NCBI RefSeq assembly: GCF_047602155.1
Contig: NZ_JASGHZ010000001.1
Span: 1,204,961-1,268,960, forward strand
Origin: Microbacterium sp.
GTDB lineage: Bacteria > Actinomycetota > Actinomycetes > Actinomycetales > Microbacteriaceae
Reading direction: 5' to 3'
Length of the DNA stretch: 64,000 bases
Below the pieces are notes generated by a model that made no database searches, was not told the origin of the DNA, and was given only the letters and a program-made list of their open reading frames with translations. Position 1 is the stretch's first letter, and every line of letters begins with the position of its first letter. Below are positions 45,335 through 55,011 of the stretch, one piece after another. The position numbers and the translations under genes are program-made.

Positions 45335-47646
45335 GAGGTCAACCCTACGGGCTCGGCGACGGTGTCCCCGAAAACGGCCGGCAGCGTCGCCTGCGACAGG
45401 GCGCGCAACTCGGCGACCGGGATCGTGAAGACGTCCTGCACTTCGAGCGTGGGCTCGGTGTCGGTGACGCCGATGCGGAGCACCGGGTATCCGCGGCCTT
45501 CGCACAGTCCACGGAACTTGACGTCCTCTTCGCGCGGCACCGAGACGATGACGCGGCCGGTCGACTCGCTGAACAGGGCGGTGGCGGCATCGACGCCGTC
45601 GCGCTCCATGATCTCGCGCAGCCACACGCGGGCGCCGACGCCGAACCGCTCCGTCGCCTCGGCGAGGGCCTGGCCGAGCCCGCCGGCCGAGAGGTCGTGG
45701 GCGGACGAGACGAGCTCCTGCTGGGATGCCGCGTGGATGAGCTCGGCGAGCCGCTTCTCCTGCGCCAGGTCGACCGCCGGCGGCCGCCCGCCGAGGTGGC
45801 CGTGCACGGTGCCGGCCCACGCCGAGCCGCTGAGCTCGGTCGCGGTGACACCGAGGAGGTAGATGTTCTCCCCGGCATCCTGCCACCCGCTCGGAATGCG
45901 GCGGGCGACGTCGTCGATGATGCCGAGCACGCCCACGACCGGGGTCGGGAAGATCGGGACGTCGCCGGTCTGGTTGTAGAAGCTGACGTTGCCGCCGGTG
46001 ACCGGCACGCCGAGCTCGAGGCACGCCTCGGCGAGGCCGTCGACCGCCTGGCCGAACTGCCACATGACCTCGGGGTTCTCCGGGCTGCCGAAGTTGAGGC
46101 AGTCGGTGACGGCGGTCGGCACGGCGCCGGTGACGGCGACGTTGCGGTAGGCCTCGGCGAGGGCGAGCTGTGCGCCGGCGTAGGGGTCAAGCTGGCAGAA
46201 GCGGCCGTTGCAGTCGGTGGCGATCGCAAAGCCCAGGCCCGATTCCTCGTCGACGCGGATCATGCCGGCATCGTCGGGGAACGACAGGGCCGTGTTGCCC
46301 AAGACGAAGTAGTCGTACTGGTTGGTGACCCACGACGTGTCGGCGAGGTTCGGGCTCGTCAGCAGCTGCAGGAACTGGTCACGGAGGTCGGCCGGGTCGC
46401 TGCTGCGGGGGAGGGCGGATGCCGAGTCGTCGCGGAGGGCGTCGATCCAGGTCGGGTAGGCGACCGGCCGCTCGTAGACCGGGCCGTCGACGGCGACGGT
46501 CGACGGGTCGACGTCGACGATCTGCTCGCCGTGCCAGAAGATCTGCAGGCGGCCGTCGCCGGTGACCTCGCCGAGGACGCTGGTCTCGACATCCCACTTG
46601 CCGGTGACTTCCAGGAAGGCATCCAGCTTGTCGGGCGCGACGATGGCCATCATCCGCTCCTGCGACTCGCTCATGAGGATCTCCTCGGGCGTGAGCGTGG
46701 GGTCGCGCAGGAGCACGTTTTCGAGGTCGACGCGCATGCCGCTGTCGCCGTTGGCGGCGAGCTCGCTCGTCGCGCAGGAGATGCCGGCGGCGCCGAGGTC
46801 CTGGATGGCTTCGACGAGGTCGCTCTTGTAGAGCTCGAGGCAGCACTCGATGAGCACCTTCTCGGCGAACGGGTCGCCGACCTGCACGGCGGGGCGCTTG
46901 GTCGGTCCGCCGTCGGCGAACGTGTCGGAGGCGAGGATGGATGCCCCGCCGATGCCGTCGCCGCCCGTGCGCGCGCCGAACAGCACGACCTTGTTGCCGG
47001 CGCCGGAGGCGTTGGCGAGCTTGAGGTCTTCGTGGCGCAGCACGCCGACCGCGAGCGCGTTGACGAGGGGGTTGCCCTGGTAGACGGCGTCGAACACCGT
47101 CTCGCCGCCGATGTTGGGCAGGCCCAGGCAGTTGCCGTAGAAGCTGATGCCCGACACCACGCCGTGCACGACGCGCGCCGTGTCGGGGTTGTCGATCGCG
47201 CCGAAGCGCAGCTGGTCCATGACGGCGACCGGGCGCGCGCCCATCGAGATGATGTCGCGCACGATGCCGCCGACGCCGGTCGCGGCGCCCTGGAACGGCT
47301 CGATGTAGCTCGGGTGGTTGTGCGACTCGACCTTGAAGGTCACCGCCCAGCCCTCGCCGACATCGACGACGCCGGCGTTCTGGCCCATGCCGACCATGAG
47401 GCGCTTCTTCATCTCGTCGTTCGTCTTGGTGCCGAACTTGCGCAGGTAGATCTTCGACGACTTGTAGGAGCAATGCTCGCTCCACATGACGGAGTACATC
47501 GCCAGCTCGCCGCTGGTCGGCCGGCGGCCGAGGATCGTCTTGATCTGCTCGTACTCGTCGGGCTTGAGGCCCAGCGCCGCGTACGGCTGATCCTTGGTCG
47601 GGGTGGCGATGGCGTTCGCGACGGTGTCGGCGACGGGAGTGGTCAC
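45331..47646 (-). CDS. purL: Phosphoribosylformylglycinamidine synthase subunit PurL
   Basis: Track ORF of 771 aa: ...[26 protein letters not shown]...[26 protein letters not shown]. Confidence 0.95.
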   Translation of the reverse strand: MTTPVADTVANAIATPTKDQPYAALGLKPDEYEQIKTILGRRPTSGELAMYSVMWSEHCSYKSSKIYLRKFGTKTNDEMKKRLMVGMGQNAGVVDVGEGWAVTFKVESHNHPSYIEPFQGAATGVGGIVRDIISMGARPVAVMDQLRFGAIDNPDTARVVHGVVSGISFYGNCLGLPNIGGETVFDAVYQGNPLVNALAVGVLRHEDLKLANASGAGNKVVLFGARTGGDGIGGASILASDTFADGGPTKRPAVQVGDPFAEKVLIECCLELYKSDLVEAIQDLGAAGISCATSELAANGDSGMRVDLENVLLRDPTLTPEEILMSESQERMMAIVAPDKLDAFLEVTGKWDVETSVLGEVTGDGRLQIFWHGEQIVDVDPSTVAVDGPVYERPVAYPTWIDALRDDSASALPRSSDPADLRDQFLQLLTSPNLADTSWVTNQYDYFVLGNTALSFPDDAGMIRVDEESGLGFAIATDCNGRFCQLDPYAGAQLALAEAYRNVAVTGAVPTAVTDCLNFGSPENPEVMWQFGQAVDGLAEACLELGVPVTGGNVSFYNQTGDVPIFPTPVVGVLGIIDDVARRIPSGWQDAGENIYLLGVTATELSGSAWAGTVHGHLGGRPPAVDLAQEKRLAELIHAASQQELVSSAHDLSAGGLGQALAEATERFGVGARVWLREIMERDGVDAATALFSESTGRVIVSVPREEDVKFRGLCEGRGYPVLRIGVTDTEPTLEVQDVFTIPVAELRALSQATLPAVFGDTVAEPVGLTS

Positions 47647-47826
47647 GCGGCTGAGCTCCTGGAATTGGGTGCCGGGGATGGGGATCAGTCTATCGGCGGG
47701 GTGGGGTTGCTGTGGCGGGGGTTGGTTGCCGGCATCCCGGGTAAGAAGCGCCGGTCAAACCGCACTGCTGACAACGGATGCGGCTCGTCGTGCGTTCGTG
47801 GCGGCGGGGAGCGGCAGGATGGTGCC

Positions 47827-50727
47827 GTGACCCAACACCTGGCTTCCGGTGAGTTCAGCCGACGCGCCCGATCCGTCTGGGCAAAGACGCGCACCGGACC
47901 CGGACCCGATTTTGCATTGCAAGGCTGGCTGCCACTGGTCCAGCATCTGGCTGACACCGCAGCGGTGGCCGCGCTGTTATGGGAGGAGTGGGTTCCCGAA
48001 TCGCTGAAATCGATGCTCACGGATGCCGTCGGCACAAGGAGCGCCGCACGCGACCTCGTCGTTTGGCTCGCAGGGACACATGATGTCGGGAAAGCGTCGC
48101 CCGCATTCGCAGTGCAGGTGCCGCTCCTTGCCGATGTCATGCGAGACGAAGATCTCGAGATCGATCCACGGATCAAGGATGGCGACGAACGCAGGCAGGT
48201 CCGCCACGAGTTGGTGAGCTACCTGGCCATCCGTGACTGGCTTCAGTTGGTCCATGGATTCTCCAAGCTGGCAGCTGGTCGTCTCGCTAGCGTTGCAGCG
48301 GCGCATCACGGACAGCCGCCCTCGCGGCAACTGGTGTCCGAGGCAGAACCCCGACCGCACCTTGTCGGATCGGGTTCCTGGATCGACGTTCGAAATGAAC
48401 TGCTCGCAGCAGCCGACCGGGATCACGCATCTGTGGGGTCAGGTGAGCAGTGGAGAGCCGCCGAGTTCACGCAGCCTGTGCTCGTCATGCTCAGCGCGAT
48501 TGTCATCGTGTCCGATTGGATAGCGAGCAGTGATCTGTTTGATGCCGCCCCTTTGGGGGAGCCGCCGCGGGACACCACGGAGGACAGAGTCGCGCGTGCA
48601 TGGGCCGACCTCGACTTCCCACGCGCATGGGCACCGAGAAGCGATCAGACAGACGTCACCGCGATGCTGACGGCGCGGTTCGACCTTCCCGCGGGTGCTG
48701 CCCCTCGACCCGCGCAGGAAGCTTTCGTACGACAGGCGATGCAGGTTGAACGACCCGAGTTGATGATCCTCGAAGCCGAGATGGGGTCGGGTAAGACGGA
48801 GGCCGCACTCCTGGCCGCGGAGATCCTCGCCGGCCGCTTCGGCTTGAGTGGCGTGTTCGTCGGGCTCCCGACCCAGGCGACCACTGACGGGATGTTCTCG
48901 CGAGTCTTGCAGTGGGCTGACCGGCTCGATCTCGATACCCCGGCCAGCCTGTTCCTGGCTCGGGGGAAGTCGATGCTCAATCCCGAGTTCGCGCAAAAGT
49001 CTCGTGAGGCCCACTTCCGATCGATTGGCGATGACTACGCGGCCCGCCGCGAATCCGATGAATCGCTCGTCGTGGCTCACCGATGGTTCAGTGACCCTCG
49101 GAGGGGACCGCTGTCCAACTTTGTCGTGGGCACGGTCGACCAGGCGCTGTTCGCCGGGCTGCGGAGCAAATACCTGATGCTGCGACATCTCGCTCTCGCG
49201 AGCAAGGTCGTCATCATCGACGAGGTGCACGCGTACGACGCTTATATGCAGGAGTATCTGACGCGCGTGATCGAGTGGCTTGGCGCGTATCGAGTGCCTG
49301 TGATCCTGCTCTCGGCCACTCTGGCATCGTCACAGCGGCGGGCGTTTGTGGAGGCATACGATCGCGGTCGCGAGGCGCTCGAACCTGCGCCGCCGCTGGA
49401 CCCCTCGATGTCGGGCGCGGAACGTGCTGAGCGGCGTGCCGTGAGCGCGCAGGCGAAGGAAGCTCGATACCGGAGGCTGGACGGTGATTTCTGGTACCCG
49501 GCGATCACCGTCTCGCAGTGGAGAAGACCGCCTGCCCTGACCTTGCCGGGCGGGGCCAGCGATACGCGGAGGCTTCATATTGATCGCATCCCGGATGACC
49601 ATATTGTGCTCATCGATCTGCTCCGCTCCGCTCTTCGTGATGGGGGGAACGTTGCTGTCATCCGCAACACGGTCAGCCGAGCACAAGAGACGGCTGCACT
49701 GTTGCGCGACGCCTTCGGGGGAGACCTCCCGGTGACGCTCGCACACTCTCGCTTCCTCGGCCTCGACCGGGCACGCAAGGATCGCGAGCTCTTGTCGGCA
49801 TATGGCCCGAAGGGGGATCGGCCGAAGCGAAGCATCGTCGTCGCTACGCAGGTGATCGAGCAATCGTTGGATATCGACTTCGATCTGATGGTCACTGACA
49901 CGGCACCCATCGATCTGCTTCTGCAGCGCAGTGGTCGGCTCCATCGCCATCTGCGCGCCGGACGGCCCTTGCCGTTGCGCGAGCCTCGGCTCGTGTTGAC
50001 GGGAACGAATTGGGACGCCGAGCCGCCGCAATTCGTTCGCGGATCGACGCGGGTCTACTCCGAAGCAATCCTTCTGCGCACCACGGCTGCACTGCACGGA
50101 CGAGATGTGTTGTCGGTTCCGGATGACATCGCCTACCTCGTGGAGACGGTCTACAGCCACGACTTGTCGTTCATCCCAACGGGGTGGCGCGATGCGGTCG
50201 ACGATGCGACGAGGAAGCACGAGCGGGAACAGCAACGGCTTCGCGACAAGGCGCACAGCTTTCGTCTGCAGGGTGTCGCTGAGGGATCGTCGACGCTGCT
50301 CGGATGGATCAGCGGTCCCGACGTGGATCCAGATCTCACGCCGCCGGGACGGGCGACGGTACGTGATGGGGATGAGACTCTCGAAGTCATCGTCCTTCAG
50401 CGCAGGATTGACGGGGGGCTCGCGACGCCGGCGTGGCTCGCAGGCGGACCCCGCGACATCCCGGTGAATGAGGCTCCTCGTGGCGCATTGACGCGCACCA
50501 TCCTGGGGTGCACGCTTCGCCTGCCAGCGGGAATGTGCCACGGCAACGCGATCGACCGGCATATCGCAACACTGGAACGAGGTTTCGAGCTGCCCGAGTG
50601 GCACGCGAGTCCTGCTCTCAGGGGGGAACTCGTACTCGTGGTAGACGGCGACGGCAGGGCGCGCCTCAATGAGTTCGATCTTCGCTACACGCCCGACGAC
50701 GGTCTGACATTCGCCCGGGCCGGTTGA
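47827..50727 (+). CDS. cas3: Type I-E CRISPR-associated helicase/nuclease Cas3 (HD plus DEAH helicase)
   Basis: This is the C-terminal 966 codons of track ORF 45697..50727. The GTG at 47827 is the first plausible start after the purL antisense region. The HD region reads LPLVQHLADTAAVAALLWEEW...LAGTHDVGKASPAF. Walker A is EAEMGSGKTEAAL and the DEVH box is VIIDEVHAYD. Confidence 0.9.
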   Translation: MTQHLASGEFSRRARSVWAKTRTGPGPDFALQGWLPLVQHLADTAAVAALLWEEWVPESLKSMLTDAVGTRSAARDLVVWLAGTHDVGKASPAFAVQVPLLADVMRDEDLEIDPRIKDGDERRQVRHELVSYLAIRDWLQLVHGFSKLAAGRLASVAAAHHGQPPSRQLVSEAEPRPHLVGSGSWIDVRNELLAAADRDHASVGSGEQWRAAEFTQPVLVMLSAIVIVSDWIASSDLFDAAPLGEPPRDTTEDRVARAWADLDFPRAWAPRSDQTDVTAMLTARFDLPAGAAPRPAQEAFVRQAMQVERPELMILEAEMGSGKTEAALLAAEILAGRFGLSGVFVGLPTQATTDGMFSRVLQWADRLDLDTPASLFLARGKSMLNPEFAQKSREAHFRSIGDDYAARRESDESLVVAHRWFSDPRRGPLSNFVVGTVDQALFAGLRSKYLMLRHLALASKVVIIDEVHAYDAYMQEYLTRVIEWLGAYRVPVILLSATLASSQRRAFVEAYDRGREALEPAPPLDPSMSGAERAERRAVSAQAKEARYRRLDGDFWYPAITVSQWRRPPALTLPGGASDTRRLHIDRIPDDHIVLIDLLRSALRDGGNVAVIRNTVSRAQETAALLRDAFGGDLPVTLAHSRFLGLDRARKDRELLSAYGPKGDRPKRSIVVATQVIEQSLDIDFDLMVTDTAPIDLLLQRSGRLHRHLRAGRPLPLREPRLVLTGTNWDAEPPQFVRGSTRVYSEAILLRTTAALHGRDVLSVPDDIAYLVETVYSHDLSFIPTGWRDAVDDATRKHEREQQRLRDKAHSFRLQGVAEGSSTLLGWISGPDVDPDLTPPGRATVRDGDETLEVIVLQRRIDGGLATPAWLAGGPRDIPVNEAPRGALTRTILGCTLRLPAGMCHGNAIDRHIATLERGFELPEWHASPALRGELVLVVDGDGRARLNEFDLRYTPDDGLTFARAG

Positions 50728-50972
50728 TCGGCGCCGAACTTTCGGTAGGCGTTCTGCTTGGAGGTCCGCAGTGCGACGCCGATCGCCGCCCAGGAGTCTC
50801 CCGCGGCACGTGCTGCCGCAACGGCGTCGCGCAACCTCTGATCGGCCTCAGCGAGGGCTCGTCGAGCGGCGGCGATCTCCCGCAGATGCGCGGCGTCTCT
50901 CATCGACGACGGGTCGATGCCCCCGAGGAAGTCTTCGATGCCGTGCTCTGACGCGACTTTGACGGTGCCCAT
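50685..50972 (-). CDS. Small protein with C-terminal HTH-like segment, putative antitoxin/regulator
   Basis: Track ORF of 95 aa. The sequence ...AAARAAGDSWAAIGVALRTSKQNAYRKFG resembles the HTH tails of actinobacterial antitoxins. It lies 14 bp downstream of the 88-aa gene, and its 3' end overlaps the cas3 3' end by 43 bp. Confidence 0.4.
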   Translation of the reverse strand: MGTVKVASEHGIEDFLGGIDPSSMRDAAHLREIAAARRALAEADQRLRDAVAAARAAGDSWAAIGVALRTSKQNAYRKFGADQPARANVRPSSGV

Positions 50973-50986
50973 TCAGGATCCTTCTC

Positions 50987-51253
50987 TTACAACAGCCCTC
51001 GTCGACCTGGTCGGAGGATGTCGGCGTGGATGATCCGTTGCGGTTCATCGACCGGGACGAGGACGATCTCAAGGAGCGCGCCGGCTCGACTCGGTCCGAT
51101 CACCAGCATTCTCAACTCCCCGTCGTATTCCTGCTCGACGTATCGGACCGCATAGTCGATCGCGTGGAACATGTCGTCGTCGGCGATCCCGTGCTTTCGC
51201 GCGCTATCTGCGACCTCAAACGTCATCATATCGAGTACGACCCCGTTCGTCAA
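50987..51253 (-). CDS. Small protein, possible BrnT/DUF497-like toxin
   Basis: Track ORF of 88 aa. The pattern ARKHGI...(30 aa)...[24 protein letters not shown] resembles the KHG(V/I)...(I/V)R(I/V)ISAR layout of DUF497 toxins. This comes from memory, not a search. Confidence 0.35.
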   Translation of the reverse strand: MTNGVVLDMMTFEVADSARKHGIADDDMFHAIDYAVRYVEQEYDGELRMLVIGPSRAGALLEIVLVPVDEPQRIIHADILRPGRRGLL

Positions 51254-51304
51254 TGAAAGGTTTACGCTGGACTCGGCGCGTATCCTGGCAGTCGGTTGGA
51301 TTTC

Positions 51305-51391
51305 GTCGCCCTGCGAGTTCCGGGGATGATCCCGCTGAATTGTTCGAGAGCAAAACCTTCGAGTGTTCCCCGCGCTGGCGGGGCTGTTCCG
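51305..51391 (+). CRISPR. Degenerate two-repeat mini-CRISPR (psi-repeat 1, 29-nt psi-spacer, psi-repeat 2), CreR/CreA-like
   Basis: Psi-R1 (51305-51333) ends in CGGGGATGATCCC, identical to the last 13 nt of the sense-strand repeat. Psi-R2 (51363-51391, GTGTTCCCCGCGCTGGCGGGGCTGTTCCG) keeps the CCCCGC/GCGGGG stem. The psi-spacer is 51334-51362. Confidence 0.6.
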
Positions 51392-51464
51392 ATACCGGAG
51401 GGGTCCGTCTCATTTTATGAATGCTGAATTGTTGGAGAGTAATAATTGAGAGGATTTTTCTTGC

Positions 51465-51493
51465 TTGACGTATCGATGATGCGTCTGTAGCGT
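51465..51493 (+). promoter_or_regulatory. Putative sigma-70-type promoter of the cas8e operon
   Basis: TTGACG (51465-51470), a 17-bp spacer, then TAGCGT (51488-51493). It lies 75 bp upstream of the cas8e ATG in the only AT-rich stretch of the region. This is by eye only. Confidence 0.3.
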
Positions 51494-51568
51494 GATGCTG
51501 TCGGGTCAAGAGTGACATCGACCTCGGACATCGGCGACGCCGCCGACCACCTGCGGGGAGTGGGGAAC

Positions 51569-53206
51569 ATGGGAGCAGTGCATCCGCAGTTCAGCGTTCT
51601 CGACGACGCATGGATCGCAGTTCGCCTCGTTGACGGATCGGCAGCCGAGGTCTCTTTGCGTGACGCTTTTCACCGGGCCGACGAGATTGCCGAGATCACT
51701 GGTGATCTCCCCACCCAGGCATTCGCGATCCTGCGACTGATGCTGGCGATCCTCTATCGCACGCTGCGTGGTGACAAACTCACCATCGATGTGTGGGCAT
51801 TCTGGCGTGAGAACGGGCTGCCCAACGGGGATATCGATGACTACTTCGACCTCTACGCTGACCGCTTCGAGCTGTTCCACCCTGAACGTCCGTTCTTCCA
51901 GGTCGCAGACCTCGCAACCGCATCGGGTGACCACAAGGATGTGTCGCCGCTCATCCTGGACTTGCCCAGCAACAACCGGCTATTCACGAACCGCGCAGGG
52001 TCGGGAGCCTCATCACTGTCGTTCGCAGAGGCGACACGCTGGCTGGTCGATGCGCAGGCCTGGGATCCGAGTGGTATCAAGAGCGGTGCTCTCGGTGACC
52101 CGCGAGTGAAAGGTGGCAAGGGCTACCCACTCGGATTGGCGTGGGCGGGTCTTCTCGGCGGCGTGTATGTGCAGGGGCAGACCCTGCGAGACACACTGCT
52201 GCTGAACCTTGTCGCAACGGACGATGGTCTCGATGTCGACGCCGAGTGGGACGTCCCGCCGTGGGAGGAAGAGCAAGCAGATGACGCCGCCGAACGTGAA
52301 GGCATCGTTCCTCGCGGCCCGGTGCGGCTCTACACCTGGCAGGCGCGCCGCATCCGGCTCTTCCCATCCGGCAGCCGCGTGACCGGATGCCTCGTCACCA
52401 ACGGCGACAGACTCACTCCGCAGAATCAGCAGACCCACGAGCCGATGTCTGCCTGGCGTTTCAGCGAGCCGCAGACCAAGGCGGCGAAGCAGACGACCTA
52501 TATGCCGCGCGAGCATCAGCAGGGGCGTGCGATGTGGCGCGGCATCGGTGCACTGCTTCCTGAACTCGCCGTGCCTGTCCCCAAGCGTGACATTCCGGCG
52601 AGTCTGCCACCGGGCATCGTCGGATGGCTGCAACGCGTCGAAGATGAGACGGATCTACTCCCCTCACGAGACCAGTTCCGGCTCCGGGCGATCGGTGTGG
52701 TCTATGGCAGCAACAATTCCGTCGTGGACGAAGTGATCGATGACGAGGTACTGATCCCCGTGGCCCTGCTCCGCGATCGCAATCGGCCTCTCGCTGCTCA
52801 AGCGCAAGAAGCCGTTCGGCTGGCGGATGAAGGTGTTCTCGCCCTGCGTCACCTTGCCGAGAACCTCGACCGCGCCGCCGGGGGCACAGGAGAAGGCGCA
52901 CGGGTGCGCGCCGGCGAGGTCGCCTATGCGGCCTTCGATGCACCATATCGGTGTTGGCTGGCCTCCCTCACAGACGCGAGTGACCCCGTCGAAGTCGTCT
53001 CGGAGTGGAAGCGAACTGCATACGGCATCTTGCGGGAACTGGGGACCGAGCTCATCGAGACGTCCGGACCGGCGGCTTGGGTGGGTCGCGACGTGTCGCG
53101 CGGAGGGCGCACAGATCTCATCACAACGCCGCGCGCCGAGGGCTGGTTCCTGAGCTCGCTTGCAAAAACCTTCGGCGCTGCTGCCAGAAAGGAAGAAGCC
53201 GCATGA
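51569..53206 (+). CDS. cas8e: Type I-E Cascade large subunit Cas8e (Cse1/CasA)
   Basis: Track ORF 51512..53206. I prefer the ATG at 51569, which has GGGGAG upstream, because MGAVHPQFSVLDDAWIAVRLVDGSAAEVSLRDAFHRADEI matches the usual Cse1 N-terminus (F.LLDEPWIPV). The GTG at 51512 remains possible. Confidence 0.85.
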   Translation: MGAVHPQFSVLDDAWIAVRLVDGSAAEVSLRDAFHRADEIAEITGDLPTQAFAILRLMLAILYRTLRGDKLTIDVWAFWRENGLPNGDIDDYFDLYADRFELFHPERPFFQVADLATASGDHKDVSPLILDLPSNNRLFTNRAGSGASSLSFAEATRWLVDAQAWDPSGIKSGALGDPRVKGGKGYPLGLAWAGLLGGVYVQGQTLRDTLLLNLVATDDGLDVDAEWDVPPWEEEQADDAAEREGIVPRGPVRLYTWQARRIRLFPSGSRVTGCLVTNGDRLTPQNQQTHEPMSAWRFSEPQTKAAKQTTYMPREHQQGRAMWRGIGALLPELAVPVPKRDIPASLPPGIVGWLQRVEDETDLLPSRDQFRLRAIGVVYGSNNSVVDEVIDDEVLIPVALLRDRNRPLAAQAQEAVRLADEGVLALRHLAENLDRAAGGTGEGARVRAGEVAYAAFDAPYRCWLASLTDASDPVEVVSEWKRTAYGILRELGTELIETSGPAAWVGRDVSRGGRTDLITTPRAEGWFLSSLAKTFGAAARKEEAA

Positions 53207-53850
53207 CCACTTCTGTCCGGTCCTCTCTCGGGGAACGCTTGGTCGATCACGTCTCGGCCAAGGCCGCCTCCTTGCAGGCGCGCTATCGGAACAACGATTC
53301 CACGGCTGTGGCAGAGCTTGCGATCCTGCGTCGGGGCGTCTCTCAGCGTGTGGGCGAGGATGCCGCGCTCGCCGGATCGGTACTCGGCGGCCTCTACGAG
53401 AACCCCGCTGCTCTTCCGGACGAGGTGCAGCCCGCGGAGCGCGCCGCATATGCCGCACTGACGCTGTTCGCCGTGCACCAGCAGTCGCATCGCGGTGCGA
53501 GCATGCATCGCCCGGGATACTCGCTCGGGCGATCAGCACGCCTCCTGGGGCGACACTCAGGTGCTCAGGACGCCGTACGCCGACGCTTCACCGCTCTGGC
53601 CACAGCGACCACCTGGGACGAGACTATGCACCACGCTCGCGGACTTGTGCAGCAGCTGCGGGCATTCGGCATCCCACTCGACTACGGACGGTTCGCACGT
53701 GACCTTCTTGATCTGCAGTCGCAGGATCGGGCGGATCGTGTTCGTCTGGTCTGGGGACGCCACTTCTATCGTGTGCGCCACGCCGAAGACGATGCCGAGT
53801 CAGACGGCGGCACGGTCGCCGAAACCGACGACACCACAAACGACGCCTGA
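53203..53850 (+). CDS. cse2: Type I-E Cascade small subunit Cse2 (Cas11/CasB)
   Basis: The ATG at 53203 overlaps the cas8e stop (ATGA). These are the last 215 codons of track ORF 53005..53850. Position and size are typical of Cse2. Confidence 0.8.
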   Translation: MTTSVRSSLGERLVDHVSAKAASLQARYRNNDSTAVAELAILRRGVSQRVGEDAALAGSVLGGLYENPAALPDEVQPAERAAYAALTLFAVHQQSHRGASMHRPGYSLGRSARLLGRHSGAQDAVRRRFTALATATTWDETMHHARGLVQQLRAFGIPLDYGRFARDLLDLQSQDRADRVRLVWGRHFYRVRHAEDDAESDGGTVAETDDTTNDA

Positions 53851-53871
53851 ACGAACCCAAGGAGAACTCAC

Positions 53872-55011
53872 ATGACCCGCACCATCGTGGACGTCAACGT
53901 CCTGCAGACCGTTCCACCCAGCAACCTCAATCGCGATGACACCGGCAGCCCGAAGTCCGCTGTCTACGGCGGCGTGCGCCGGGCTCGAGTGTCCAGCCAG
54001 GCATGGAAGCGCGCCACACGCCTTGCCTTCAAAGATGTCTTGGATTCGTCCACGCTAGGCACTCGGACAAAGCGCGTCGTGGAGCTGCTCGGCGAACGGA
54101 TCGTCCAGCAAGACCCGGCCATCCCCGTGGAGCGGGCGCAAGAGTTGGCAGTCTTCGCGTTCTCAGCCGCGGGCATCAAGCTCTCGGCCCCCCGTCGCTC
54201 GACGGCGGAGAACCCGCAACCACACGAATCCGGGTACTTGCTGTTCTTGAGTTCGCTTCAGCTTGACCACCTCGCGCAGCTCTGCGCTCAAGCGCACGAT
54301 ACCGATGACCCGAAGGCGCACCTCAAGGGCGCAGACGTCAAGAACGCGCTCGACAGCTCGCATTCCGTGGACTTGTCGCTGTTCGGTCGCATGGTCGCCG
54401 ATGCCAGCGACCTGAACGTCGACGCTGCATGCCAGGTCGCACACGCGGTCAGTGTGCATCCGGTGGAGACGGAGTTCGACTACTTCACGGCTGTCGATGA
54501 TCATAAGGATGCGGACGCCGAAGAAGACGCCGGCGCCGGAATGATCGGCACCGTCGAGTTCAACGCTTCGACTCTCTACCGTTACGCGACGATCGATGTC
54601 GACCTGCTCGCACGCAATCTGGGCGATGCGGATGCGACTCGCTTGGCCGTCGAGGCCTTCGTGCGCGCCTTTGTGACCAGCATGCCGAGCGGCAAGCAGA
54701 ACACCTTCGCGAACCGCACCTTGCCGGATGCAGTGGTGATCAGCCTGCGTGACACTCAGCCGGTGAATCTCGTCGGTGCGTTCGAGGAGGCCGTGGTCGG
54801 GGAACATCGTCTGGCGCAGGCAGCAGAGAGGCTCGCCGACTATGCAGTCGGTATCGACCGCGCCTATGACACGACGCCGGTCGAGACATGGATCGTGCGT
54901 GGCAACGGCACCACGAAAGCGCTGGATGTATTCGGTCAACCGGTGTCGTTGGGCGCAGCGGTCTCCGGCGTCGGGGCGGCCGTCGCAGAACGACTGCAGT
55001 CGCAGGAGTGA
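53872..55011 (+). CDS. cas7: Type I-E Cascade backbone subunit Cas7e (Cse4/CasC)
   Basis: Track ORF of 379 aa: MTRTIVDVNVLQTVPPSNLNRDDTGSPKSAVYGGVRRARVSSQAWKRA is the canonical Cas7e N-terminus. Confidence 0.9.
   Translation: MTRTIVDVNVLQTVPPSNLNRDDTGSPKSAVYGGVRRARVSSQAWKRATRLAFKDVLDSSTLGTRTKRVVELLGERIVQQDPAIPVERAQELAVFAFSAAGIKLSAPRRSTAENPQPHESGYLLFLSSLQLDHLAQLCAQAHDTDDPKAHLKGADVKNALDSSHSVDLSLFGRMVADASDLNVDAACQVAHAVSVHPVETEFDYFTAVDDHKDADAEEDAGAGMIGTVEFNASTLYRYATIDVDLLARNLGDADATRLAVEAFVRAFVTSMPSGKQNTFANRTLPDAVVISLRDTQPVNLVGAFEEAVVGEHRLAQAAERLADYAVGIDRAYDTTPVETWIVRGNGTTKALDVFGQPVSLGAAVSGVGAAVAERLQSQE

Noticed and set aside
47672-47688. The sequence ccggggatggggatcag upstream of cas3, as a possible further repeat remnant.
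   Set aside because: Only about 8 nt (cggggatg) match the repeat, there is no stem, and there is no partner repeat.
45697-47826. The N-terminal 710 codons of the 1676-aa ORF that ends as cas3.
   Set aside because: This part is antisense to purL and low-complexity. Cas3 homology (the HD motif) begins just after the GTG at 47827.
51254-51304. A promoter for the mini-CRISPR (TTTACG ... TATCCT).
   Set aside because: The spacing is only 14 bp and no convincing -35/-10 pair is present. The promoter driving the psi-crRNA remains unidentified.
51495-51515. A mini-ORF (atg ctg tcg ggt caa gag tga) as a possible CreT-like toxin gene.
   Set aside because: It has no Shine-Dalgarno sequence, it overlaps the putative -10/TSS, and it has no rare-codon or stem-loop features. 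Nothing supports it.
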